Below, one piece after another: positions 23,526 through 37,900 of a stretch of 46,204 bases of DNA (its first letter is position 1; each line of letters starts with the position of its first letter). The notes under the pieces are model-generated. The model did no database searches. It saw nothing but the letters and a program-made list of their open reading frames with translations, and was not told where the DNA came from. The stretch is from Raillietiella orientalis. Taxonomy: Eukaryota. Made by a program: the position numbers and the translations under genes. The stretch is taken from positions 1 to 46,204 of the forward strand of contig JAYWIR010000171.1 of NCBI GenBank assembly GCA_036172245.1. The letters run 5' to 3'.

Positions 23526-25187
23526 ATGAATCAAATTTACGGAAAACATTCCCTTTCTAATTCCGACACTGGTAGCCATGAAAACGAAACAGAGACCAAA
23601 GTGCGAAACCCAAAGGAAAGGACGCACTCATCTCAATGTTCTTCTGAACCCAGTCAAATGTACGTATGTGCAGCTATCCATGCTACGAATTTCTCGCTCG
23701 CTGCAAATGGACGCTTCGGTGAGAGGCAAAAAAGTGCAAAGGTGTCATCTGCTGATTTCGAATTAATTACAAACCTTCAAAAGTCCAAATTCGGTCCACA
23801 TAATGAATCAAATTTACGGAAAACATTCCCTTACTAATTCCGACACTGGTAGCCATGAAAACGAAACAGAGACCAAAGTGCGAAACCCAAAGGAAAGGAC
23901 GCACTCATCTCAATGTTCTTCTGAATCCAGTCAAATGGACGTTTGTGCGGGTATCCATGACGCTAATTTGCCGCTCGCTGCAAATGGACGCTAAGGGGAG
24001 AGGAGCAAAAGTTCAAAGGTGTCATCTACTGATTTCGAGTTGATTACAAACCCTTAAACGTCCAACTTCGGTCCACATTATGAATCAAAGTGAAGAAAAA
24101 CCTTCTCTTTCTAATTCCGACACTGGTAACCATGAAAACGAAACAGAGTCCAAAGTGCCCCACCCTAAGGAAAGGACGCACTCATCTCAATGTTCTTCTG
24201 AACCCAGTCAAATGTACGTATGTGCAGCTATCCATGACACGAATTTCCCGCTCGCTGCAAATGGACGCTTCGGGGAGAGGCGCAAAAGTGCAAAGGTGTC
24301 ATCTGCTGATTTCGAATTAATTACAAACCTTCAAAAGTCCAAATTCGGTCCACATAATGAATCAAATTTACGGAAAACATTACCTTTCTAATTCCGACAC
24401 TGGTAGCCATTTAAACGAAACAGAGACCAAAGTGCCCCACCCTAAGGAAAGGACGGGCTCATCTCAATGTTCTTCTGAAGCCAGTCAAATGTACGTATGT
24501 GCAGCTATCCATGCTACGAATTTCTCGCTCGCTGCAAATGGACGCTTCGGTGAGAGGCAAAAAAGTGCAAAGGTGTCATCTGCTGATTTCGAATTAATTA
24601 CAAACCCTTGAACCTCCAAATTCGGTCCACATAATGAATCAAATTGACGGAAAAAATTCCCTTTCTAATTCTGACACTGGTAACCATGAAAACGAAACAG
24701 AGTCCAAGGTGCCCCACCCTAAGGAAAGGACGCACTCATCTCAATGTTCTTCTGAACCCAGTCAAATGGACGTTTGTGCGGCTATCCATGCCACGAATTT
24801 GCCGCTCGCTGCAAATGGACGCTAAGGGGAGAGGAGCAAAAGTTCAAAGGTGTCATCTACTGATTTCGAGTTGATTACAAACCCTTAAACGTCCAACTTC
24901 GGTCCACATTATGAATCAAAGTGAAGAAAAACCTTCTCTTTCTAATTCCGACACTGGTAACCATGAAAACGAAACAGAGTCCAAAGTGCCCCACCCTAAG
25001 GAATGGACGCACTCATCTCAATGTTCTTCTGAACCCAGTCAAATGGACGTATGTGCAGCTATCCATGCCACGAATTTCCCGCTCGCTGCAAATCGACGCT
25101 TCGAGGGGAGGCGCAAAAGTGCAAAGGTGTCATCTGCTGATTTCGAATTGATTACAAACCCTTAAACGTCCAACTTCGGTCCACATT
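23526..25187 (+). repeat. Imperfect 3-monomer duplication, period 831 bp (3 x 277)
   Basis: TGCTACGAATTTCTCG..GAGAGGCAAAAAAG in monomers 23526 and 24357; GACGCTAAGGGG in 23803 and 24634; CCTTCTCTTT in 24080 and 24911. Confidence 0.8.
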
Positions 25188-25859
25188 ATGAATCAAAGTG
25201 AAGAAAAACCTTCTCTTTCTAATTCCGACACTGGTGACCATGAAAACGAAACAGAGTCCAAAGTGCCCCACCCTAAGGAAAGGACGCACTCATCTCAATG
25301 TTCTTCTGAACCCAGTCAAATGGACGTAGGTGCAGCTATCCATGCCACGAATTTCTCGTTCGCTGCAAATGCACGCTTCGGGAAGAGGCGCAAAAGTGCA
25401 AAGGTGTCATCTGCTGATTTCGAATTGATTACAAACCTTCAAAAGTCCAAATTCGGTCCACATAATGAATCAAATTTACGGAAAACATTCCCTTTCTAAT
25501 TCCGACACTGGTAGCCATGAAACCGAAACAGAGACCAAAGTGCCCCACCCTAAGCAAAGGACGCACTCATCTCAAGGTTTTCTGAATCCAGTCAAATGGA
25601 CGTTTGTGCGGGTATCTATGACGGTAATTTTCAACTCACAGCAAATGGACGCTTCGGTGAGAGGCACAAAAGTGCAAAGGTGTCATCTGCTGATTTCCAA
25701 TTGATTACAAACCCTTAAACGTCCCAATTCGGTCCACATATTGAAACAAAGTGAAGAAAAACCTTCCCTTTCTAATTCCGACACTGGTAACCATGAAAAC
25801 GAAACAGAGTCCAAAGTGCCCCACCCTAAGGAAAGGACACACTCATCTCAATGTTCTTC

Positions 25860-28020
25860 TGAAGCCAGTCAAATGTACGTATGTGCAGCTATCCATGCCA
25901 CGAATTTCCCGCTCGCTGGAAATGGACGCTTCGGGGAGAGGCGCAAAAGTGCAAAGGTGTCATCTGCTGATTTCGAATTGATTACAAACCTTCAAACGTC
26001 CAAATTCGGTCCATATAATGAATCAAAGTGAAGCAAAACCTTCCCTTTCTGATTCCGACACTGGTACCCATGAAAACGAAACAGAGTCCGAAGTGCCCCA
26101 CCCTAAGGAAAGGACGGGCTCATCTTAATGTTCTTCTGAAGCCAGTCAAATGTACGTATGTGCAGCTATCCATGCCACGAATTTCCCGCTCGCTGGAAAT
26201 GGACGCTTCGGGGAGAGGCGCAAAAGTGCAAAGGTGTCATCTGCTGTTTCGAATCGATTACAAACCTTCAAACGTCCAAATTCTGTCCACATAATGAATC
26301 AAATTTACGGAAAACATTCCCTTTCTAATTCCGACACTGGTAGCCATGAAAACGAAACAGAGACCAAAGTGCCCCACCCTAAGGAAAGGACGCGCTCATC
26401 TCAATGTTCTTCTGAAGCCAGTCAAATGTACGTATGTGCAGCTTTCCATGCCACGAGTTTGCCGCTCGCTGCACATGGACGCTTCGGGGAGAGGAGCAAA
26501 AGTTCAAAGGTGTCATCTACTGATTTCGAGTTGATTACAAACCCTTAAACGTCCAACTTCGGTCCACATTATGAATCAAAGTGAAGAAAAACCTTCTCTT
26601 TCTAATTCCGACACTGGTAACCATGAAAACGAAACAGAGTCCAAAGTGCCCCACCCTAAGGAAAGGACGCACTCATCTCAATGTTCTTCTGAACCCAGTC
26701 AAATGGACGTATGTGCAGCTATCCATGCCACGAATTTCCCGCTCGCTGCAAATCGACGCTTCGAGGGGAGGCGCAAAAGTGCAAAGGTGTCATCTGCTGA
26801 TTTCGAATCGATTACAAACCCTTAAACTTCCCAATTCGGTCCATATAATGAATCAAAGTGAAGGAAAACCTTCCCTTTCTGATTCCGACACTGGTGACCA
26901 TGAAAACGAAACAGAGTCCAAAGTGCCCCACCCTAAGGAAAGGACGCACTCATCTCAATGTTCTTCTGAACCCAGTCAAATGTACGTATGTGCAGCTATC
27001 CATGCCACGAATTTCCCGCTCGCTGGAAATGGACGCTTCGGGGAGAGGCGCAAAAGTGCAAAGGTGTCATCTGCTGATTTCGAATTGATTACAAACCTTC
27101 AAACGTCCAAATTCGGTCCATATAATGAATCAAAGTGAAGCAAAACCTTCCCTTTCTGATTCCGACACTGGTACCCATGAAAACGAAACAGAGTCCGAAG
27201 TGCCCCACCCTAAGGAAAGGACGGGCTCATCTTAATGTTCTTCTGAAGCCAGTCAAATGTACGTATGTGCAGCTATCCATGCCACGAATTTCCCGCTCGC
27301 TGGAAATGGACGCTTCGGGGAGAGGCGCAAAAGTGCAAAGGTGTGATCTGCTGTTTCGAATCGATTACAAACCATCAAACGTCCAAATTCGGTCCACATA
27401 ATGAATCAAATTTACGGAAAACATTCCCTTTCTAATTCCGACACTGGTAGCCATGAAAACGAAACAGAGACCAAAGTGCCCCACCCTAAGGAAAGGACGC
27501 GCTCATCTCAATGTTCTTCTGAAGCCAGTCAAATGTACGTATGTGCAGCTTTCCATGCCACGAGTTTGCCGCTCGCTGCACATGGACGCTTCGGGGAGAG
27601 GAGCAAAAGTTCAAAGGTGTCATCTACTGATTTCGAGTTGATTACAAACCCTTAAACGTCCAACTTCGGTCCACATTATGAATCAAAGTGAAGAAAAACC
27701 TGCTCTTTCTAATTCCGACACTGGTAACCATGAAAACGAAACAGAGTCCAAAGTGCCCTACCCTAAGGAAAGGACGCACTCATCTCAATGTTCTTCTGAA
27801 CCCAGTCAAATGGACGTATGTGCAGCTATCCATGCCACGAATTTCCCGCTCGCTGCAAATCGACGCTTCGAGGGGAGGCGCAAAAGTGCAAAGGTGTCGT
27901 CTGCTGATTTCGAATTCATTACAAACCCTTAAACGTCCCAATTCGGTCCATATAATGAATCAAAGTGAAGGAAAACCTTCCCTTTCTAATTCCGACACTG
28001 GTGACCATGAAAACGAAACA
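25860..28020 (+). repeat. Tandem 4-monomer duplication, period 1107 bp
   Basis: Monomers 26018/27125, 26294/27401 and 26571/27678 share GCTGGAAAT, AGTGAAGCA, the CTGTTTCGAATCG 1-bp deletion, GCTTTCCATG and AATCGACGCTTCGAGGGG. Boundaries are approximate. Confidence 0.85.
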
Positions 28021-31000
28021 GAGTCCAAAGTGCCCCACCCTAAGAAAAGGACGCACTCATCTCAATGTTCTTCTGAACCCAGTCAAATGGACGTATGTGC
28101 AGCTATCCATGCCACGAATTTCCCGCTCGCTGCAAATGGACGCTTCGGGGAGAGGCGCAAAATTGCAAAGGTGTCATCTGCTGATTTCGAATTGATTACA
28201 AACCTTCAAACGTCCAAATTCGGTCCACATAATGAATCAAATTTACGGAAAACATTCCCTTTCTAATTCCGACACTGGTAGCCATGAAAACGAAACAGAG
28301 ACCAAAGTGCCCCACCCTAAGCAAAGGACGCACTCATCTCAATGTTCTTCTGAACCCAGTCAAATGTACGTATGTGCAGCTATCCATGCCACGAATTTCC
28401 CGTTCGCTGCAAATGCACGCTTCGGGGAGAGGCGCAAAAGTGCAAAGGTGTCATCTGCTGATTTCGAATTGATTACAAACCTTCAAACGTCCAAATTCGG
28501 TCCACATAATGAATCAAATTTACGGAAAACATTCCCTTTCTAATTCCGACACTGGTAGCCATGAAAACGAAACAGAGACCAAAGTGCCCCACCCGAAGGA
28601 AAGGACGCACTCATCTCAAGGTTTTCTGAATCCAGTCAAATGGACGTATGTGCAGCTATCCATGCCACGAATTTGCCGTTCCCTGCAAATGGACGCTTCG
28701 GGGAGAGGCGCAAAAGTGCAAAGATGTCATGTGCTGATTTCGAATTGATTACAAACCCTTAATCGTCCAAATTCGGTCCATATAATGAATCAAAGTGAAG
28801 GAAAACCTTCCCTTTCTGATTCCGACACTGGTGACCATGAAAACGAAACAGAGTCCAAAGTGCCCCACCCTAAGGAAAGGACGCACTCATCTCAATGTTC
28901 TTCTGAACCCAGTCAAATGGACGTATGTGCAGCTATCCATGCCACGAATTTCCCGCTCGCTGCAAATGGACGCTTCGGGGAGAGGCGCAAAAGTGCAAAG
29001 GTGTCATCTGCTGATTTCGAATTGATTACAAACCTTCAAACGTCCAAATTCGGTCCACATAATGAATCAAATTTACGGAAAACATTCCCTTTCTAATTCC
29101 GACACTGGTAGCCATGAAAACGAAACAGAGACCAAAGTGCCCCACCCTAAGCAAAGGACGCATCCATCTCAATGTTCTTCTGAACCCAGTCAAATGTACG
29201 TATGTGCAGCTATCCATGCCACGAATTTCCCGTTCGCTGCAAATGCACGCTTCGGGGAGAGGCTCAAAAGTGCGAAGGGGTCATCTGCTGATTTCGAATT
29301 GATTACAAACCCTTAAACGTCCCGATTCGGTCCATATAATGAATAAAGTGAAGGAAAACCTTCCCTTTCTGATTCCTACACTGGTGACCATGAAAACGAA
29401 ACAGAGTCCAAAGTGCCCCACCCTAAGGAAAGGACGCACTCATCTCAATGTTCTTCTGAACCCAGTCAAATGGACGTAGGTGCAGCTATCCATGCCACGA
29501 ATTTCCCGCTCGCTGCAAATGGACGCTTCGGGGAGAGGTGCAAAAGTGCAAAGGTGTCATCTGCTGATTTCGAATTGATTACAAACCTTTAAACGTCCAA
29601 ATTCGGTCCACATAATGAATCAAATTTACGAAAAAAAATACCCTTTCTAATTCCGACACTGGTAGCCATGAAAACGTAACAGAGACCAAAGTGCCCCACC
29701 CTAAGCAAAGGACGTACTCATCTCAAGGTTTTCTGAATCCAGTCAAATGGACGTTTGTGCAGCTATCCATGCAACGAATTTCCCGTTCGCTGCAAATGGA
29801 CGCTTCGGGGAGAGGCGCAAAAGTGCAAAGGTGTCATCTGCTGATTTCGAATTAATTACAAACCCTTGAACCTCCAAATTCGGTAAACGTAATGAATCAA
29901 ATTGACGGAAAAAATACCCTTTCTAATTCCGACACTGGTAACCATGAAAACGAAACAGAGTCCAAAGTGCCCTACCCTAACGAAAGGACGCACTCATCTC
30001 AATGTTCTTCTGAACCCAGTCAAATGGACGTATGTGCAGCTATCCATGCCACGAATTTCCCGCTCGCTGCAAATGGACGCTTCGGGGAGAGGCGCAAAAG
30101 TGCAAAGGTGTCATCTGCTGATTTCGAATTGATTACAAACCTTCAAACGTCCAAATTCGGTCCACATAATGAATCAAATTTACGGAAAACATTCCCTTTC
30201 TAATTCCGACACTGGTAGCCATGAAAACGAAACAGAGACCAAAGTGCCCCACTCTAAGCAAAGGACGCACTCATCTCAATGTTCTTCTGAACCCAGTCAA
30301 ATGTACGTATGTGCAGCTATCCATGCCACGAATTTCCCGTTCGCTGCAAATGCACGCTTCGGGGAGAGGCGCAAAAGTGCAAAGGTGTCATCTGCTGATT
30401 TCGAATTGATTACAAACCTTCAAAAGTCCAAATTCGGTCCACATAATGAATCAAATTTACGGAAAACATTCCCTTTCTAATTCCGACACTGGTAGCCATG
30501 AAAACGAAACAGAGACCAAAGTGCCCCACCCTAAGCAAAGGACGCACTCATCTCAATGTTCTTCTGAATCCAGTCAAATGGAAGTTTGTGCAGCTATCCA
30601 TGCCACGAATTTCCCGCTCGCTGCAAATGGACGCTTCGGGGAGAGGCGCAAAAGTGCAAAGGTGTCATCTGCTGATTTCGAATTGATTACAAACCCTTAA
30701 ATGTCCAAATTTGGTCCATATAATGAATCAAATTTACGGAAAACATTCCCTTTCTAATTCCGACACTGGTGACCATGAAAACGAAACAGAGTCGAAAGTG
30801 CCCCACCCTAAGGAAAGCACGCACTCATCTCAATGTTCTTCTGAACCCAGTCAACTGGACGTATGTGCGGCTATCCATGACGCTAATTTGCAACTCACTG
30901 CAAATGGACGCTTAGGTTAGAGGCTCAAAAGTGCAAAGGGGTCATCTGCTGATTTCGAATTGATTACTAACCCTTAAACGTCCAAATTCGGTCCATATAA

Positions 31001-34000
31001 TGAATCAAAGTGAAGGAAAACCTTCCCTTTCTGATTCCGACACTGCTGACCATGAAAACGAAACAGAGTCCGAAGTGCCCCACCCTAAGGAAAGGACGGG
31101 CTCATCTTAATGTTCTTCTGAAGCCAGTCAAATGTACGTATGTGCAGCTATCCATGCCACGAATTTCCCGCTCGCTGGAAATGGACGCTTCGGGGAGAGG
31201 CGCAAAAGTGCAAAGGTGTGATCTGCTGTTTCGAATCGATTACAAACCATCAAACGTCCAAATTCGGTCCACATAATGAATCAAATTTACGGAAAACATT
31301 CCCTTTCTAATTCCGACACTGGTAGCCATGAAAACGAAACAGAGACCAAAGTGCCCCACCCTAAGGAAAGGACGCGCTCATCTCAATGTTCTTCTGAAGC
31401 CAGTCAAATGTACGTATGTGCAGCTTTCCATGCCACGAGTTTGCCGCTCGCTGCACATGGACGCTTCGGGGAGAGGAGCAAAAGTTCAAAGGTGTCATCT
31501 ACTGATTTCGAGTTGATTACAAACCCTTAAACGTCCAACTTCGGTCCACATTATGAATCAAAGTGAAGAAAAACCTGCTCTTTCTAATTCCGACACTGGT
31601 AACCATGAAAACGAAACAGAGTCCAAAGTGCCCTACCCTAAGGAAAGGACGCACTCATCTCAATGTTCTTCTGAACCCAGTCAAATGGACGTATGTGCAG
31701 CTATCCATGCCACGAATTTCCCGCTCGCTGCAAATCGACGCTTCGAGGGGAGGCGCAAAAGTGCAAAGGTGTCGTCTGCTGATTTCGAATTCATTACAAA
31801 CCCTTAAACGTCCCAATTCGGTCCATATAATGAATCAAAGTGAAGGAAAACCTTCCCTTTCTAATTCCGACACTGGTGACCATGAAAACGAAACAGAGTC
31901 CAAAGTGCCCCACCCTAAGGAAAGGACGCACTCATCTCAATGTTCTTCTGAACCCAGTCAAATGGACGTATGTGCAGCTATCCATGCCACGAATTTCCCG
32001 CTCGCTGCAAATGGACGCTTCGGGGAGAGGCGCAAATTGCAAAGGTGTCATCTGCTGATTTCGAATTGATTACAAACCTTCAAACGTCCAAATTCGGTCC
32101 ACATAATGAATCAAATTTACGGAAAACATTCCCTTTCTAATTCCGACACTGGTAGCCATGAAAACGAAACAGAGACCAAAGTGCCCCACCCTAAGCAAAG
32201 GACGCACTCCTCTCAATGTTCTTCTGAACCCAGTCAAATGTACGTATGTGCAGCTATCCATGCCACGAATTTCCCGTTCGCTGCAAATGCACGCTTCGGG
32301 GAGAGGCGCAAAAGTGCAAAGGTGTCATCTGCTGATTTCGAATTGATTACAAACCTTCAAACGTCCAAATTCGGTCCACATAATGAATCAAATTTACGGA
32401 AAACATTCCCTTTCTAATTCCGACACTGGTAGCCATGAAAACGAAACAGAGACCAAAGTGCCCCACCCGAAGGAAAGGACGCACTCATCTCAAGGTTTTC
32501 TGAATCCAGTCAAATGGACGTATGTGCAGCTATCCATGCCACGAATTTGCCGTTCCCTGCAAATGGACGCTTCGGGGAGAGGCGCAAAAGTGCAAAGATG
32601 TCATGTGCTGATTTCGAATTGATTACAAACCCTTAATCGTCCAAATTCGGTCCATATAATGAATCAAAGTGAAGGAAAACCTTCCCTTTCTGATTCCGAC
32701 ACTGGTGACCATGAAAACGAAACAGAGTCCAAAGTGCCCCACCCTAAGGAAAGGACGCACTCATCTCAATGTTCTTCTGAACCCAGTCAAATGGACGTAT
32801 GTGCAGCTATCCATGCCACGAATTTCCCGCTCGCTGCAAATGGACGCTTCGGGGAGAGGCGCAAAAGTGCAAAGGTGTCATCTGCTGATTTCGAATTGAT
32901 TACAAACCTTTAAACGTCCAAATTCGGTCCACATAATGAATCAAATTTACGGAAAACATTCCCTTTCTAATTCCGACACTGGTAGCCATGAAAACGAAAC
33001 AGAGACCAAAGTGCCCCACCCTAAGCAAAGGACGCACTCATCTCAATGTTCTTCTGAACCCAGTCAAATGTACGTATGTGCAGCTATCCATGCCACGAAT
33101 TTCCCGTTCGCTGCAAATGCACGCTTCGGGGAGAGGCTCAAAAGTGCGAAGGGGTCATCTGCTGATTTCGAATTGATTACAAACCCTTAAACGTCCCGAT
33201 TCGGTCCATATAATGAATAAAGTGAAGGAAAACCTTCCCTTTCTGATTCCTACACTGGTGACCATGAAAACGAAACAGAGTCCAAAGTGCCCCACCCTAA
33301 GGAAAGGACGCACTCATCTCAATGTTCTTCTGAACCCAGTCAAATGGACGTAGGTGCAGCTATCCATGCCACGAATTTCCCGCTCGCTGCAAATGGACGC
33401 TTCGGGGAGAGGTGCAAAAGTGCAAAGGTGTCATCTGCTGATTTCGAATTGATTACAAACCTTTAAACGTCCAAATTCGGTCCACATAATAAATCAAATT
33501 TACGAAAAAAAATACCCTTTCTAATTCCGACACTGGTAGCCATGAAAACGTAACAGAGACCAAAGTGCCCCACCCTAAGCAAAGGACGTACTCATCTCAA
33601 GGTTTTCTCAATCCAGTCAAATGGACGTTTGTGCAGCTATCCATGCAACGAATTTCCCGTTCGCTGCAAATGGACGCTTCGGGGAGAGGCGCAAAAGTGC
33701 AAAGGTGTCATCTGCTGATTTCGAATTAATTACAAACCCTTGAACCTCCAAATTCGGTAAACGTAATGAATCAAATTGACGGAAAAAATACCCTTTCTAA
33801 TTCCGACACTGGTAACCATGAAAACGAAACAGAGTCCAAAGTGCCCTACCCTAACGAAAGGACGCACTCATCTCAATGTTCTTCTGAACCCAGTCAAATG
33901 GACGTATGTGCAGCTATCCATGCCACGAATTTCCCGCTCGCTGCAAATGGACGCTTCGGGGAGAGGCGCAAAAGTGCAAAGGTGTCATCTGCTGATTTCG

Positions 34001-34924
34001 AATTGATTACAAACCTTCAAACGTCCAAATTCGGTCCACATAATGAATCAAATTTACGGAAAACATTCCCTTTCTAATTCCGACACTGGTAGCCATGAAA
34101 ACGAAACAGAGACCAAAGTGCCCCACTCTAAGCAAAGGACGCACTCATCTCAATGTTCTTCTGAACCCAGTCAAATGTACGTATGTGCAGCTATCCATGC
34201 CACGAATTTCCCGTTCGCTGCAAATGCACGCTTCGGGGAGAGGCGCAAAAGTGCAAAGGTGTCATCTGCTGATTTCGAATTGATTACAAACCTTCAAAAG
34301 TCCAAATTCGGTCCACATAATGAATCAAATTTACGGAAAACATTCCCTTTCTAATTCCGACACTGGTAGCCATGAAAACGAAACAGAGACCAAAGTGCCC
34401 CACCCTAAGCAAAGGACGCACTCATCTCAATGTTCTTCTGAATCCAGTCAAATGGAAGTTTGTGCGGCTATCCATGACGCTAATTTGCAACTCACTGCAA
34501 ATGGACGCTTCGGGGAGAGGCGCAAAGGTCCAAGGGTGTCATCTGCTGATTTCGAATTGATTACAAACCCTTAAATGTCCAAATTTGGTCCATATAATGA
34601 ATCCAATTTACGGGAAACATTCCCTGTCTAATTCCGACACTGGTGACCATGAAAACGAAACAGAGTCGAAAGTGCCCCACCCTAAGGAAAGCACGCACTC
34701 ATCTCAATGTTCTTCTGAACCCAGTCAACTGGACGTATGTGCGGCTATCCATGACGCTAATTTGCAACTCACTGCAAATGGACGCTTAGGTTAGAGGCTC
34801 AAAAGTGCAAAGGGGTCATCTGCTGATTTCGAATTGATTACAAACCCTTAAACGTCCAAATTCGGTCCATATAATGAATCAAAGTGAAGGAAAACCTTCC
34901 CTTTCTGATTCCGACACTGCTGAC
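27176..34924 (+). repeat. Tandem 14-monomer duplication (3875 bp + 3874 bp)
   Basis: Offsets are 3875 (27401/31276, 27678/31553) and then 3874 (28232/32106, 29062/32936, 29892/33766, 30723/34597). Shared private variants include GGTGTGATC, GTGTCGTCT, CTTAATCGTCC, TGCGAAGGGG, CCCGATTCGG, GAATAAAG, GATTCCTACA, GTAAACGTAAT and CTAACGAAAGG. Confidence 0.93.
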
Positions 34925-37900
34925 CATGAAAACGAAACAGAGACCAAAGTGCCCCACCCTAAGCAAAGGACGCACTCATCTCAATGTTCTTCTGAACCCA
35001 GTCAAATGGACGTATGTGCAGCTATCCATGCCACGAATTTGCCGTTCGCTGCAAATGGACGCTTCGGAGAGAGGCGCAAAGTGCAAAGGTGTCATCTGCT
35101 GATTTCGAATTGATTACAAACCCTTAAACGTCCAAATTCGGTCCATATAATGAATCAAAGTGAAGGAAAACCTTCCCTTTCTGATTCCGACACTGGTGAC
35201 CATGAAAACGAAACAGAGACCAAAGTGCCCCACCCTAAGGAAAGGACGCACTCATCTCAATGTTCTTCTGAATCCAGTCAAATGGAAGTTTGTGCGGGTA
35301 TCCATGACGCTAATTTGCAACTCACTGCAAATGGACGCTTCGGGGAGAGGCGCAAAGGTGCAAGGGTGTCATCTGCTGATTTCGAATTGATTACAAACCC
35401 TTAAATGTCCAAATTCGGTCCATATAATGAATCAAATTTACGGAAAACATTCCCTTTCTAATTCCGACACTGGTGACCATGAAAACGAAACAGAGTCGAA
35501 AGTGCCCCACCCTAAGGAAAGCACGCACTCATCTCAATGTTCTTCTGAACCCAGTCAACTGGACGTATGTGCGGCTATCCATGACGCTAATTTGCAACTC
35601 ACTGCAAATGGACGCTTAGGTTAGAGGCTCAAAAGTGCAAAGGGGTCATCTGCTGATTTCGAATTGATTACTAACCCTTAAACGTCCAAATTCGGTCCAT
35701 ATAATGAATCAAAGTGAAGGAAAACCTTCCCTTTCTGATTCCGACACTGGTGACCATGAAAACGAAACAGAGACCAAAGTGCCCCACCCTAAGGAAAGGA
35801 CGCACTCATCTCAATGTTTTCTGAATCCAGTCAAATGGACGTATGTGCAGCTATCCATGCCACGAATTTCCCGCTCGCTGCAAATGGACGCTTCGGGGAG
35901 AGGCGCAAAAGTGCAAAGGTGTCATCTGCTGATTTCGAATTGATTACAAACCTTTAAACGTCCAAATTCGGTCCACATAATGAATCAAATTTACGGAAAA
36001 CATTCCCTTTCTAATTCCGACACTGGTAGCCATGAAAACGAAACAGAGACCAAAGTGCCCCACCCTAAGGAAAGGACGCACTCATCTCAATGTTCTTCTG
36101 AACCCAGTCAAATGTACGTATGTGCAGCTATCCATGACACGAATTTCCCGCTCGCTGCAAGTGGACGCTTCGAGGGGAGGCGCAAAAGTGCAAAGGTGTC
36201 ATCTGCTGATTTCCAATTGATTACAAACCCTTAAACGTCCCAATTCGGTCCACATAATGAAACAAAGTGAAGAAAAACCTTCCCTTTCTAATTCCGACAC
36301 TGGTACCCATGAAAACGAAACAGAGTCCGAAGTGCCCCACCCTAAGGAAAGGACGGGCTCATCTTAATGTTCTTCTGAACCCAGTCAAATGTACGTATGT
36401 GCGGCTATCCATGACGGGAATTTGCAGCTCACTGCAAATGGATGCTTCGGGAAGAGGCGCAAAAGTGCAAAGGTGTCATCTGCTGATTTCGAATTGATTA
36501 CAAACCTTCAAACGTCCAAATTTGGTCCATATAATGAATCAAAGTGAAGCAAAACCTTCCCTTTCTGATTCCGACACTGGTGACCATGAAAACGAAACAG
36601 AGTCCAAAGTGCCCCACCCTAAGGAAAGGACGCACTCATCTCAATGTTCTTCTGAACCCAGTCAAATGGACGTATGTGCAGCTATCCATGCCACGAATTT
36701 CCCGCTCGCTGCAAATGGACGCTTCGGGGAGAGGCGCAAAAGTGCAAAGGTGTCATCTGCTGTTTCGAATCGATTACAAACCTTCAAACGTCCAAATTCG
36801 GTCCAAATAATGAATCAAATTTACGGAAAACATTCCCTTTCTAATTCCGACACTGGTAGCCATGAAAACGAAACAGAGTCCAAAGTGCCCCACCCTAAGG
36901 AAAGGACGCGCTCATCTCAATGTTCTTCTGAAGCCAGTCAAATGTACGTATGCGCAGCTTTCCATGCCACGAGTTTGCCGCTCGCTGCACATGGACGCTT
37001 CCGGGAGAGGAGCAAAAGTTCAAAGGTGTCATCTACTGATTTCGAGTTGATTACAAACCCTTAAACGTCCAACTTCGGTCCACATTATGAATCAAAGAAG
37101 AAAAACCTGCTCTTTCTAATTCCGACACTGGTAACCATGAAAACGAAACAGAGTCCAAAGTGCCCTACCCTAAGGAAAGGACGCACTCATCTCAATGTTC
37201 TTCTGAACCCAGTCAAATGGACGTATGTGCAGCTATCCATGCCACGAATTTCCCGCTCGCTGCAAATGGACGCTTCGGGGAGAGGCGCAAAAGTGCAAAG
37301 GTGTCATCTGCTGATTTCGAATTGATTACAAACCCTTAAACGTCCAACTTCGGTCCACATTATGAATCAAAGTGAAGAAAAACCTTCCCTTTCTAATTCC
37401 GACACTGGTAACCATGAAAACGAAACAGAGTCCAAAGTGCCCTACCCTAAGGAAAGGACGCACTCATCTCAATGTTCTTCTGAACCCAGTCAAATGGACG
37501 TATGTGCAGCTATCCATACCACGAATTTCCCGCTCGCTGCAAATGGACGCTTCCGGGAGAGGAGCAAAAGTTCAAAGGTGTCATCTACTGATTTCGAGTT
37601 GATTACAAACCCTTAAACGTCCAACTTCGGTCCACATAATGAATCAAAGTGAAGAAAAACATTCCCTTTCTAATTCCGACACTGGTAACCATGAAAACGA
37701 AACAGAGTCCAAAGTGCCCCACCCTAAGGAAAGGACGCACTCATCTCAATGTTCTTCTGAACCCAGTCAAATGGACGTATGTGCAGCTATCCATGCCACG
37801 AATTTCCCGCTCGCTGCAAATGGACGCTTCGGGGAGAGGCGCAAAAGTGCAAAGGTGTCATCTGCTGATTTCGAATTGATTACAAACCCTTAAACGTCCA

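Noticed and set aside
30912..30920. TTAGGTTAG resembling the arthropod telomere repeat
   Set aside because: Fewer than two units, explained by substitutions in TTCGGGGAG (the intermediate TTCGGTTAG is present in monomers 19660 and 44527).
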